Assembly (NCBI GenBank): GCA_041389025.1
Contig: JAWKSP010000001.1
Coordinates: 128,002 to 192,001, forward strand
Direction: 5' to 3'
DNA from: Minisyncoccota bacterium
GTDB lineage: Bacteria; Patescibacteriota; Minisyncoccia; Phycocordibacterales; UBA918
Length of the DNA: 64,000 bases
Made by a program: the position numbers and the translations under genes. Positions 26,690 to 36,071 of this stretch are shown here, one piece after another. The notes under the pieces are model-generated. The model was not told where the DNA came from and ran no database searches. It saw only the letters and a program-made list of their open reading frames with translations. Each line of letters begins with the position of its first letter. Position 1 is the stretch's first letter.

Positions 26690-27790
26690 ACCACCCTCGC
26701 TACGAGATCTCCACTCTTCGTGTTGCCAGAATCTCCCATATCAGAAAAGGTCCGAAAGGGCTCTTTCTTTTAACCAGATACCACATGATAGTGAGCATCT
26801 TTCGAGCTAAAGCAACTCCGAGCCACCTTAGAACCCTTTTTATCTTTGATTCTCGAATAGAATGTATATAACCTACCGGCTGAAGGTCTGATCTGACAGG
26901 CTGCTTCCACCATAATAGATCGCAGAAACGGTGAGCCTTTTCTGGTAATGTGTCCAAATCGCAACTTCCCTCCAGAAGAATGAGATGAGGATACTAATCC
27001 AGCGTAACTCGCTAACTGTTCTGGAGTCTTGAATCTTTCAAAATCTCCAACTTCAGCAATAATGGTTAGAGCGGTTAGTTCAGCTACACCAGGTATACTC
27101 ATCAATACCTTGGCACGTTCATCTATTTTAGCTTTTGATTTGATAATAACATCAAGTTCTTTGACTTCACTATTCACAAAATCAATGGTTTTTATTAATG
27201 ATTCAACCTCTTTTTATATAACTTATGGAAAACCTGATTCTTGATCCAGAGTTGTCCTTGTTTTCCAAACAGGTCAGTAACAGGACTTTCTAAACCATGT
27301 TTCCAGAGAATGCTATGGACTCGATTCTTAGTTCTGGTTCGTAAACGAATATAGAACATTCGCCAACGTACCAACTCACGCAGGTCTCTAACAGCCGGTG
27401 GTGCTAGGTATGCAGTGGCGATAAAATCTATACGAAGTAGTTCAGCGATAATTTCCGAGTCAACCTTATCGTGTTTAAGTCGACTTGCTGCAATAAGTTT
27501 AGTCTTAGCCGGATCTATCAGTTTAACTGTTATTCCAGTACTCTCCAGTACTTCAGCAAACCAACCCCATTGTGATACCGGTTCAATTCCGGCACATACT
27601 TTACTTATATTGATTGGTATCTGTTTTAGAGTAATAAGAGTATCTTGTTTGGTGGTTGGTACCTTACCTTGAAAAATTCTATTCTTATTTGAATCAATAA
27701 GTGTCCAATATCCGAAGGATTTATGCAGATCAATTCCTAAATAATATTCATTCATAGTACTAGTGTTACATTAATAATAATCAACTATTA
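26690..27790 (-). mobile_element. Degraded IS110-family insertion sequence (transposase split into three frames) adjacent to tRNA-Val
   Basis: 27195..27755 = DEDD N-terminal domain (LGIDLHKSFGYWTLID...); 26770..27177 = Transposase_20 core (LMSIPGVAELTALTIIAEVGDFERFKTPEQLASYAGL...); 26700..26957 = C-terminal tail in a third frame. Confidence 0.7.
26700..27755 (-). pseudogene. IS110-family transposase pseudogene (at least two frameshifts)
   Basis: As above. Confidence 0.65.
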
Positions 27791-28188
27791 ATATCGACCT
27801 ATGTATAGGCTAGCACTTTTTCATGACATCGGGGTCGTGAAAAATTTTTGAAGAAAATTTATTTGTGACCAAGTCTCTCATCGTATAACCTCACAACTCA
27901 ATACCTCCCCTTAAAATTTCAAAATACAACCTAGCAATCGCGGCTTGAGTCATTGGACTAAATTCTCCCTTCATTGCTTTTGTATACAGCTCCTCTACTG
28001 AATAATCTATTGTATCCAAAACCTCACCATCTGTTTCAGACACTTTCTTAAAATCTTTCACACAAAAAACTACTTGCTTAAAAAGTCAATAAACCACCCC
28101 GCACCACGAGCCTTAAACATCAACAAAAAAATGAACTCAGTAAAATGTTATGCTTAAAACATTATAAATTTGTATCTTAAGCTTAAGT

Positions 28189-30129
28189 TTGAATACAATA
28201 AAAATTGAAAATATGATAAACACTAATTGGTCAAAATATTATCTACCTAAACTTTCCAAGAACTTATTGTTTTCTACAATTATATTGAGTGTCGTTTTAG
28301 TTTTAGTTTTATCATTATTCATCTTACCCCAAAACGCGTCAGCTTCGACCGACAACCCCTCCTCTTACACCATAACATCGTATGATTATGTACCGGCCTT
28401 TAATGCTAAATTTTTTAATGGTGTTCCAGATATTTATCATCTTGATACAGTTACTATTCGTTATGAAACAGACAGCAACATGGATATCGTGCCACCGCCA
28501 GAAGTTAGTAATATTTTGGCTAGATTATATTATGTAAACAGTGATGGACAAAGACAAATTGAATATCAGTTTTTTGATATTGATCACTTATTTGTACCCG
28601 CACCTTATGTATGGACAAAAGCTGGGCAATATGAGGTGGACATATTTGGTTACACAAGCACATCAACTACCAGTGTATACCTAACAACCATGCAGTTTAA
28701 TGTAATCATAAATGGCGGACCATCTCCCACTTGTACCCTAACCGCCACTCCTGACACTATAGACCCTAACCAAAATCAAAGTGCTCTTTTAGAATGGAGC
28801 AGCACCAATGCCTCCACTACAATAATTGATCAAGGTGTCGGACCGGTGACCACTTCCGGATCAATATTAGTCTCACCCAATGCCACAACCACTTACACCG
28901 CTAATTTTACCGGACCAAACGGCACCAGTTCTTGTAGCGTGACAGTAAATGTGCCTAATCCAAAATTTATTCCACTTAACGAACAGGCGGCAAACTTAGC
29001 TCGTCAACTAGTTAATCATACTGAAGCCTATCTTTGGGGTGGTAAAGGTTGGGATTACGATCTAAGGGAATTCACTACTCCCGAGCGCATCCTATCCGGC
29101 TACACTTACTACAACCCAGATATAAAAGCTAAGGATACCGGCATAGGTGTAGACTGTTCAGGATTAATAACTTGGGCATTTAATCGTAGTTATAATGCCG
29201 TGGCCGGGTTTAATAATAATTTTATAAAGTATGTAAATGCTGACGGTATGTACCGAGACCATCAATCCGACCCAGTGAGCGAATCTGATCTTCTTCCTGG
29301 TGATACTCTTTCTTTTGATTGGGACAGTGATGGTTATATGGATCACGTGGCGATGTATGTCGGCGAAAGTGGTGGATATGATGTGGTTAATGCAGGAAGT
29401 CCAATAATTGGTATAGAAGAACAAATTAAAGATATTTATTCAAAAGTACCAGGTTTTGTTTCTTTCAGACGAATCCATCAAGCTGATACAAAGCTTGCCA
29501 TCAAAACTGGTTCACCGGTCGATTTGGAGATTATCGACCCTGACGGCAACACCTTATCCGCCGCCAGCACCATCCCTTCTGACGAAGAATACATTAGAGA
29601 AATTCCTAGTGAGATGTATTACCTCGAACTAGAGCAAGGTCACGATGGTCGCCCCGAAGACATAGTACTCTCACCCACAGCTAAAGATGGTGTATATACC
29701 ATAAAAGTTATTCCTGAAGCCGGAGCCGACCCAGCAGCCACCTACTCTTTAACTATAGAATTAAATGGTGTAGAAACAGTAGTTGCCAACAATGAAACTC
29801 TAGATACCATACCAGCTGAAGGTTTTGCTCTAAAATTGGCGGTTGGAGAAATCATCGGTCTTGATTCGACGGTTAAGGTTTTGCTTAGTGACCTATATCA
29901 GTCAGTTAGTAATCTAAACCTAAATTCAACACAACGTCAGAAAAACCTCCTATCAACGATTGAGTCGGCCATAAACTGGTTTGACAAAAACCGACCCGAT
30001 CAAATAGTCCGTAAACTCACAAAATTGCAAAATGATACCAATAGACATCTCGCCAATGAGCTCACAACCGAAGAATTAGCCAATATTATTCAGCAAATAG
30101 ATAACCTTCTGTTATTATTACAAGCATGA
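28189..30129 (+). CDS. Large secreted NlpC/P60-family cell-wall peptidase with N-terminal TM anchor and C-terminal PPC-like domain
   Basis: 646 aa; catalytic Cys in GVDCSGLITWAF and His in DHVAMYVGE; S/T/N-rich N-terminal region. Confidence 0.7.
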   Translation: MNTIKIENMINTNWSKYYLPKLSKNLLFSTIILSVVLVLVLSLFILPQNASASTDNPSSYTITSYDYVPAFNAKFFNGVPDIYHLDTVTIRYETDSNMDIVPPPEVSNILARLYYVNSDGQRQIEYQFFDIDHLFVPAPYVWTKAGQYEVDIFGYTSTSTTSVYLTTMQFNVIINGGPSPTCTLTATPDTIDPNQNQSALLEWSSTNASTTIIDQGVGPVTTSGSILVSPNATTTYTANFTGPNGTSSCSVTVNVPNPKFIPLNEQAANLARQLVNHTEAYLWGGKGWDYDLREFTTPERILSGYTYYNPDIKAKDTGIGVDCSGLITWAFNRSYNAVAGFNNNFIKYVNADGMYRDHQSDPVSESDLLPGDTLSFDWDSDGYMDHVAMYVGESGGYDVVNAGSPIIGIEEQIKDIYSKVPGFVSFRRIHQADTKLAIKTGSPVDLEIIDPDGNTLSAASTIPSDEEYIREIPSEMYYLELEQGHDGRPEDIVLSPTAKDGVYTIKVIPEAGADPAATYSLTIELNGVETVVANNETLDTIPAEGFALKLAVGEIIGLDSTVKVLLSDLYQSVSNLNLNSTQRQKNLLSTIESAINWFDKNRPDQIVRKLTKLQNDTNRHLANELTTEELANIIQQIDNLLLLLQA

Positions 30130-30710
30130 GATATTTTTTAGTTACCATTATACTTCTAGCCCTTGGAGTAGGTTATTACTGGTGGACATCAGTCACCACT
30201 CCAACCAATGAAGATAAAACAGATGTAGTATCAACTACCACTACCCAAAGCCAAAATCCTACTCCAGAAACTGAAACGACAACAAAATTAGACCACCAAG
30301 TCTACACCAATGATACGTGGGGTATTAAATTTAACTATCCAAATGATTGGGAGGTGTTAGCTAACACATTTAAAGCAGGGTCTAGCTTGTTCAATGTAAT
30401 AATACAACCAGAATCAAATGAGTCATTACCAAGACCTGTCTTTATAATAATAACCCCATCTGACTGGGGTAAAACAATGATTAAAAAATATCACGAAAAT
30501 GAAATCACTGATAGTGAATTAAAAACAGCAGGTCTTGAATACTTTAATTTTGAATCATCTGACATGGGAATACCGATACAAACTTACTTTATACCAATTA
30601 ACAACACCTACTGGATAAACATCTCCGGTAAAAAAGGCTATGAAACCGAACTCAACCAAGTTTTAGACTCACTAGAAATAACACCGGTTGAAATCAATAA
30701 CATTGAATAA
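30126..30710 (+). CDS. Hypothetical membrane-anchored protein (T/P-rich linker)
   Basis: 194 aa; overlaps preceding stop by 4 nt (operon). Confidence 0.35.
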   Translation: MRYFLVTIILLALGVGYYWWTSVTTPTNEDKTDVVSTTTTQSQNPTPETETTTKLDHQVYTNDTWGIKFNYPNDWEVLANTFKAGSSLFNVIIQPESNESLPRPVFIIITPSDWGKTMIKKYHENEITDSELKTAGLEYFNFESSDMGIPIQTYFIPINNTYWINISGKKGYETELNQVLDSLEITPVEINNIE

Positions 30711-30773
30711 AAATTCAATCTATTTCTACATATTCCCTCTTTTACATTTTTCTGTTATTCTAGCTCACACATT

Positions 30774-30845
30774 GCCCCCATAGTTCAATGGATAGAACAG
30801 GAGACTTCTAAGCTCTTGATGTGGGTTCGATTCCTGCTGGGGGCA
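30774..30845 (+). tRNA. Probable tRNA-Arg (anticodon TCT); atypical anticodon stem (one mismatch) and wobble-rich T-stem
   Basis: GCCCCCA-TA-GTTC-AATGGATA-GAAC...CTTCTAA...GTGGG-TTCGATT-CCTGC-TGGGGGC-A. Confidence 0.55.
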
Positions 30846-30855
30846 CAGCGTTAAG

Positions 30856-30881
30856 AAAAACAAAAACTGCTTTTTGTTTTT
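30856..30881 (+). terminator. A/T-only hairpin AAAAACAAAAA-CTGC-TTTTTGTTTTT directly after tRNA-Arg
   Basis: 11-bp perfect stem + T-run. Confidence 0.45.
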
Positions 30882-30886
30882 TAGCT

Positions 30887-31012
30887 GTGCCGGGCGGAGA
30901 CATGTTTTCTTCTCCTTCCCAGAGAAGAAAACAGTTGAGCCGGGGTCGCGAGCACTTAGTAGATTTCGCACGTAGTGCAGAAATATACTTAGTGACTCGT
31001 GACCACAAAATA
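30887..31012 (-). repeat. tRNA-trailer-associated repeat element, copy B (inverted relative to A/C; hairpin 30904-30932 GTTTTCTTCTC/GAGAAGAAAAC)
   Basis: Reverse complement aligns with copy C over ~125 bp. Confidence 0.7.
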
Positions 31013-31063
31013 GTGAGACTGACTTCAAGTGGCTGATCCCCCACCAATCTCGGTAAGTCTAGT

Positions 31064-31102
31064 AAAACAATAAAACCACTCGATTAAGTGGTTTTATTGT
31101 TT
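31064..31102. terminator. 16-bp perfect hairpin AAACAATAAAACCACT-CGATTA-AGTGGTTTTATTGTTT
   Basis: Read from sequence; downstream of the minus-strand pil gene cluster. Confidence 0.5.
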
Positions 31103-31305
31103 AAGCAATAGTATCAAAATGTTCTCGAACAGTTTTAACCTAATAGATCCAATAGATAGTTCCCTGAATAGCTTTCCAACCCTTTCCGAAGTTTTTCTTT
31201 TAAATACCTCTAGCTGTTGTTAAAAATGATGTTTCCTTACCCTTATATTTTATCTTTCCATTTGGCAATATTGTGCTATGAAAAAACTATGTAGAAATAC
31301 TTACT

Positions 31306-31797
31306 CTAAAAAGAGTTGGTTGGTAATAAAATTTCTCCGTCAATCACTGAATCCATATTAGGTGTATCTATATCGCCTTCTACCTCATCAACAGAAATAC
31401 TACTTGGTAAACCTTCAGTCGTTGTCGCACCAATCGAATTATCAAATTCATCCTCTATTGGAATCACTAAATCCTGATAGCCATTAACAGAAGCCTTTTT
31501 TAAATAATTATCATAAACCTCTTCCCTTTTACCAAAATAATCTACTACACTATCTACTAATTCTTTCTTATAGATAACACTATCAATAGCGATTTCAGAG
31601 TCTTTAGTGTCAATCATTCGATATTCTTGATAAGAATTAAAACTCCAAACACCACCAAGAATAAAGAGTAACAACCCTATGGTTACGCCTAAAAACCATT
31701 CTCTCTCTACATGCATTATATGATTATCAACAAACTTTCTCTTCCTTGGATGCAAGATACCATCTGCCATCTTTTTTATTTCTTCCTTATTTATCAT
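31306..31797 (-). CDS. Hypothetical single-TM protein downstream of pilO (start uncertain)
   Basis: One TM helix; same operon as pilMNO. Confidence 0.35.
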   Translation of the reverse strand: MINKEEIKKMADGILHPRKRKFVDNHIMHVEREWFLGVTIGLLLFILGGVWSFNSYQEYRMIDTKDSEIAIDSVIYKKELVDSVVDYFGKREEVYDNYLKKASVNGYQDLVIPIEDEFDNSIGATTTEGLPSSISVDEVEGDIDTPNMDSVIDGEILLPTNSF

Positions 31798-32321
31798 GGT
31801 GATTTTGTTGTTATGAAGGCTGTTATTGTTCCTTCCCAAAGACCTTCTTCTATCTCACTTAGAGTCAAGGCTTCGATATAAGAGTGATAAGGTAAATTTT
31901 CCATAACTTTAGTAAAATCAAGGACAGAATTCTTCTTGCCGCTATAAGCAAAAGTAGCCTTCACCGCTTCTTGATCACCAGCCTTACCCACCACACCATC
32001 TAAAGCTTTGGTCTGGAAAGTGAGTCCAAACTTTGGTGCTAAGGTCTCAATTTCACTCAAAAAAACAATGGTATCATCATTACCTTTAAGAAATTTCCTA
32101 CCCAACAACAGCCTTTCCTCCTCTGTCTCAGTCGCTGTTCTGGTAATATTTCTATAAGCTGCTTCTTTTTTATTATTCTCCTCCAAAAGACTGACCTTTT
32201 CCTCCAGACGATCACCTTGTTTGTTGATAAAAAATAAAAAGAAAGAAAATATACTAGCGGAAACAATCACTACTACGATAGAAATTATAAATACGTATTT
32301 TGTTTTATTGTTGATTCTCAT
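31794..32321 (-). CDS. pilO: PilO-like type IV pilus assembly protein
   Basis: 175 aa, N-terminal TM + coiled coil, position after pilN. Confidence 0.5.
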   Translation of the reverse strand: MRINNKTKYVFIISIVVVIVSASIFSFFLFFINKQGDRLEEKVSLLEENNKKEAAYRNITRTATETEEERLLLGRKFLKGNDDTIVFLSEIETLAPKFGLTFQTKALDGVVGKAGDQEAVKATFAYSGKKNSVLDFTKVMENLPYHSYIEALTLSEIEEGLWEGTITAFITTKSP

Positions 32322-32323
32322 AA

Positions 32324-32866
32324 CTAATTTTCTTGATCATTTAAAGTAACAGCGATAGAAAAGTCTATATCGCGATCTTTAGCTAAGTTTGAAATAGGTA
32401 AATCTACTTGACTAACTTTTGATAAAGATAATAAATTATTTCTAAAATCAGACAAATCTTGCCTAGTCTTGGCTTCACCCATAAGTTGAACCGAATTCAA
32501 CTTTAAATCTGATCGATTAAACTGCATACTACTAATGGACAAACCATTATTTTGAAGAGAGTTAAAACTATCAACTAAATCAGAAAACTTCTTAATACTT
32601 CTAAGATTAATCAACACTTGTGCTTGATTATTGGCTTTAACTAAAGATTGTTGCGCATTGTCAAAATCAGCAACTTTAGTAGCCATTTCATTTACCTTAT
32701 TTTCATAAACCCCAATTTGTGAATCAATCAACACATACACCGGAAGCAATAGAAGTGAAACTGAAATTAAAACCACACTAAGAATAAAAATCCAAACCGA
32801 AGTTACTCTGATCCAGTACTCAGTCACAACATTTTTCTTTGCTTCTGGTGGTAGTAGGTTAATCAT
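32324..32866 (-). CDS. pilN: Type IV pilus assembly protein PilN
   Basis: Starts MINLLPPEAKK (INLLP hallmark) then TM helix. Confidence 0.7.
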   Translation of the reverse strand: MINLLPPEAKKNVVTEYWIRVTSVWIFILSVVLISVSLLLLPVYVLIDSQIGVYENKVNEMATKVADFDNAQQSLVKANNQAQVLINLRSIKKFSDLVDSFNSLQNNGLSISSMQFNRSDLKLNSVQLMGEAKTRQDLSDFRNNLLSLSKVSQVDLPISNLAKDRDIDFSIAVTLNDQEN

Positions 32867-32870
32867 AATA

Positions 32871-33971
32871 TTAAACGGTATTTTTTATAGCTAAACCAAT
32901 CGCTGTAGCATAGCCATATGAATAGCGTTTTTCAATTGGTGGTATCATAAGCGAAGTGTCAAAAGCATTTTCCCAGACATTACCCCGAAAACAGGGCACT
33001 CCCAAAACCTCAGTCAAATAATCTGGCAACCCACGTAAATTAACACTACCACCACACATTACTATTCTTTTAATTTTTCTCGACTTATCTCCATCAGTCC
33101 TTTGGTGCCAGTATTGCATCCGTAAAGCAATTTCGTCTTTTATTATTGATACCACCTGTATAAGAGACTCAGCAATTCGATCGTCATTTATATCTCCCAC
33201 TAAACCATAGGTATTTTTTATATTAGTCAGTTCTTTTTCCGATGTATCATTGCCAAGAACTTTACGTAGAGCTTGTGAAAGTTGACCACCACCAACATCG
33301 ATAGTCGAAGTGTATAAAAGAGACTCTCCAATCACAATACCGACTCCGGTTCTAGTCTTACCAAAATCAATAAGCATTACCACATCATCCTCATAAGATT
33401 TTGATACAACCGAACGAGCCATTGCTTGGGCCTCAACTTCAAATGAAAGTGGGGTTAGACCAGCTTCAATACAAACCTCGTGATACTTCATTACAGTTTC
33501 TTTTTGATAAGCCGACACAACAATGTTAGTAACATTATTCTTTCCTTTATTTTCTAATACATCATAATCAAAAATTGCATCTCGAGCTGAAATTGGCACG
33601 TTTTCTTCCAACCTAAATTCCAACAAACTCCTGACTTCATCAGCCGGTACATCAGTTTTTATTTCTGTTTCAAAAATATAAGTTTTTTCTTCTGGTAAAG
33701 AGACTCTTATGTATTCTGCTCCGGTTTGTTTTTTAAACTCTTTCAATACGTTGACCATAGCCTTCTGATCAACAATCTCTCCTCTTTCTAAAACACTGCT
33801 TGGTATATCTATATCACCCCATTTATCTAAAATTCTAAACCGATCGGTTCGTAGCGACGGTTTAAAAGAAACATACTTCATAGAAGTATCCGATATATCA
33901 ACCCCTACTCCAGCCATAGACAGATAATTTGGTGGCGGTAAAATTTTTGAAAAAGCTGAAAAGACACTCAT
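32871..33971 (-). CDS. pilM: Type IV pilus assembly ATPase-like protein PilM (actin fold)
   Basis: 366 aa; ...VMLIDFGKTRTGVGIV...HVVVGGGG... actin-like motifs. Confidence 0.75.
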   Translation of the reverse strand: MSVFSAFSKILPPPNYLSMAGVGVDISDTSMKYVSFKPSLRTDRFRILDKWGDIDIPSSVLERGEIVDQKAMVNVLKEFKKQTGAEYIRVSLPEEKTYIFETEIKTDVPADEVRSLLEFRLEENVPISARDAIFDYDVLENKGKNNVTNIVVSAYQKETVMKYHEVCIEAGLTPLSFEVEAQAMARSVVSKSYEDDVVMLIDFGKTRTGVGIVIGESLLYTSTIDVGGGQLSQALRKVLGNDTSEKELTNIKNTYGLVGDINDDRIAESLIQVVSIIKDEIALRMQYWHQRTDGDKSRKIKRIVMCGGSVNLRGLPDYLTEVLGVPCFRGNVWENAFDTSLMIPPIEKRYSYGYATAIGLAIKNTV

Positions 33972-34014
33972 GTGTATAGTATACGCTGTTCACTCTCTAA
34001 TAATTGGCAAAAAC

Positions 34015-34617
34015 TCACAGTGTTAACCAAAGATAAACAGCTACCACAATTAGAGTAATAATTGTAATAGGATAGATATTGCCACGAGCAATTCTTACTG
34101 CGTCCTCTCCATATTTATAAGTTAGATAACCAGCTATACCATAACGAATTGATCGACCAATAAACACACCGATTAAAAACAAGATTAAATTACCTTTAAT
34201 TGCCCCTGCTGCCAAAGCAGCTAGAGTAAACGGTACTGGTGTAATTGCACCCACCAAACCAAGAGCAAAAGTACTATCACGAAATCGTTCAACTATATTA
34301 TAAAATTGACCAACTGAATCTGACGATAAAAAACCAAGAATGACATCAATAAAAAACGTTGCTGTTACATAAGCTATCACCCCACCAATAATAGAAGTGA
34401 AGGTAGTAACAATTACAGCTGTCACCACTCTTTTGCGGTGTAAAATTATATAAGCTACTAAAAAAGGATCAGTTATCAAAGGAATAAGGAGAACAGATTC
34501 AACAAAAGACACTATTCCCAAAAACCAAAGACCGTAACGTGAACCAAGCAAGCCGCGTGACCGTTTAGTTACTTCTTTCATCTCTTTATTTGGATTTGTG
34601 ATTGGTTCTAATGACAT
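34015..34617 (-). CDS. Polytopic membrane protein (YqaA/DedA-like, uncertain)
   Basis: 200 aa, ~5 TM helices. Confidence 0.3.
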   Translation of the reverse strand: MSLEPITNPNKEMKEVTKRSRGLLGSRYGLWFLGIVSFVESVLLIPLITDPFLVAYIILHRKRVVTAVIVTTFTSIIGGVIAYVTATFFIDVILGFLSSDSVGQFYNIVERFRDSTFALGLVGAITPVPFTLAALAAGAIKGNLILFLIGVFIGRSIRYGIAGYLTYKYGEDAVRIARGNIYPITIITLIVVAVYLWLTL

Positions 34618-34620
34618 TTT

Positions 34621-34953
34621 TTATTTAGCACTGGCACCAGATTCAATTTTTATTTGTGGCACAAGTAAGCTAAAAGAATCTTCTGTGCTAGTTGCCAAAA
34701 TCATACCATGACTCATAAGGCCTTTTATTTTTCTTGGTTCTAAATTGGTAATAAAAGGACATTGCACTTCTACCAAAGATTGCGGGTCTTCAAAATAAGT
34801 ACGAATACCGGAGATTATTTGTCTCAACTCTTCTTCCCCAACATCTACCATTAATTTTAAAAGACGATCTGCTTCCGGTACCACCTCAACTGATTTAATT
34901 GTACCGATTTTTATTTCTATCTTTGCGAAATCATCATAAGTTATATATTCCAT
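34621..34953 (-). CDS. tRNA-binding domain protein (CsaA/Myf-type OB fold)
   Basis: 110 aa; KIEIKIGTIKSVEVVPEADRLLKLMVDVGEE...GLMSHGMILA typical. Confidence 0.7.
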   Translation of the reverse strand: MEYITYDDFAKIEIKIGTIKSVEVVPEADRLLKLMVDVGEEELRQIISGIRTYFEDPQSLVEVQCPFITNLEPRKIKGLMSHGMILATSTEDSFSLLVPQIKIESGASAK

Positions 34954-34973
34954 AATTTTTTATTTAAATTAGC

Positions 34974-35351
34974 TTATCTTCTGCTTAAAAAACCTTCCAA
35001 TATCAAAGCCGCTGCTGAAGCATCAGTCATATTATTTCTCCCTTGTGTACGAATAGCTGCTTGAGTAGTAAATTGCTCTGGCTCGAGATGAATTGGTAAA
35101 CCAGTCTCTAAAGTCAGATCTGTTATTAATTCTTCTACCAATTTATGTATTTCATTAGCCTTTCCCTTCTTATCAACCGAGTGTCCAACAACAATCTCTC
35201 CAACTTGCCTTTCGTTAATTAAACTAATTATTTTATCAAATAACTTTTTGTCATTATCAATAACCGCATGAGGAAAAGCCATTTTTCCCATTTCATCACT
35301 AAGCGAAATCCCTACTCGCTTAGTACCATAATCAATCCCCAAATATCTCAT
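34974..35351 (-). CDS. ruvX: Holliday-junction resolvase-like YqgF/RuvX
   Basis: MRYLGIDYGTKRVGISLSD... diagnostic N-terminus. Confidence 0.8.
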   Translation of the reverse strand: MRYLGIDYGTKRVGISLSDEMGKMAFPHAVIDNDKKLFDKIISLINERQVGEIVVGHSVDKKGKANEIHKLVEELITDLTLETGLPIHLEPEQFTTQAAIRTQGRNNMTDASAAALILEGFLSRR

Positions 35352-35490
35352 AACTTAAAGAATAGCACGTGATTTTGTAGGTAGGCAAATTATCAGACGT
35401 AAATAAACCAAGATTAATTTATAATAGAAAACCAAGCAGTTGGCTTTCTAAAATGAAAATATATGATAAATTAATTTATCTATCAGATAC

Positions 35491-35650
35491 ATTCAGATAC
35501 ATTTTGTGGTCACGAATCACTAAGTATATTTGTTCGTCTTCGACTCCAAATATACTAAGTGTTCTCGACCCCAGCTCGACTGTTTTTCTGCCTAGAAAAA
35601 GGCAGAAAAACATGTCTCCGCCCAGCACAAAAGTACGAAAGCCAAGCAGT
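35491..35650 (+). repeat. tRNA-trailer-associated repeat element, copy C (hairpin 35572-35601 GTTTTTCTGCC/GGCAGAAAAAC). Flanked by a 28-bp direct repeat CCAAGCAGTTGGCTTTCTAAAATGAAAA (35432-35459 and 35632-35659)
   Basis: Alignment with copies A and B; compensatory stem substitutions relative to A/B. Confidence 0.7.
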
Positions 35651-35727
35651 TGGCTTTCTAAAATGAAAACATTGGTGACATAGTCACCAATGTTTTCATT
35701 TTACTTTTGTGCTCCCGCCAGGAATCG

Positions 35728-35919
35728 AAACTTACAGTTTCAGTACCCTGATTGGTTATTTTATTTCGTTTCACTCATAAAATATCTCAATCAGGCTTCG
35801 ATTCGTGCAACGGATTTTTCTTTCATTATCATTACAGAAAAATCCTGCACCTGCCGCTCGCACAAAAGTAAAATCGGCATTTAGCCGATTTTACTTTTGT
35901 GCTCCCGCCAGGAATCGAA
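35728..35919 (-). repeat. 31-bp direct repeat comprising the 3' 20 nt of tRNA-Arg plus 11 nt of trailer (35889-35919 and 35728-35758), att-like duplication
   Basis: Exact repeat TTTTACTTTTGTGCTCCCGCCAGGAATCGAA; also a 43-bp perfect palindrome at 35652-35694. Confidence 0.6.
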
Positions 35920-35971
35920 CCTGGAGCACTGGTACCGCAAACCAATATTTTATCCATTAAACTACGGGAGC
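35900..35971 (-). tRNA. tRNA-Arg (anticodon GCG as read), no encoded CCA
   Basis: Minus strand GCTCCCG-TA-GTTT-AATGGATA-AAAT...TTGGT-TTGCGGT-ACCAG...CAGGT-TCGATTC-CTGGC-GGGAGC-A. Confidence 0.65.
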
Positions 35972-36071
35972 AAAAACTGCGAAGCTAGCCTTTTAGAATA
36001 AAGCATACCGTAAACTTCATCATTAGAAATGATGATCATGATGGTAACCAGCTTCGCCTCCGCATAATACA

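Noticed and set aside
35453-35884. Small plus-strand ORFs (76 and 64 aa) and the 30765-31047 ORFs
   Set aside because: They lie entirely within the tRNA-trailer repeat and palindrome DNA, with no coding signal.
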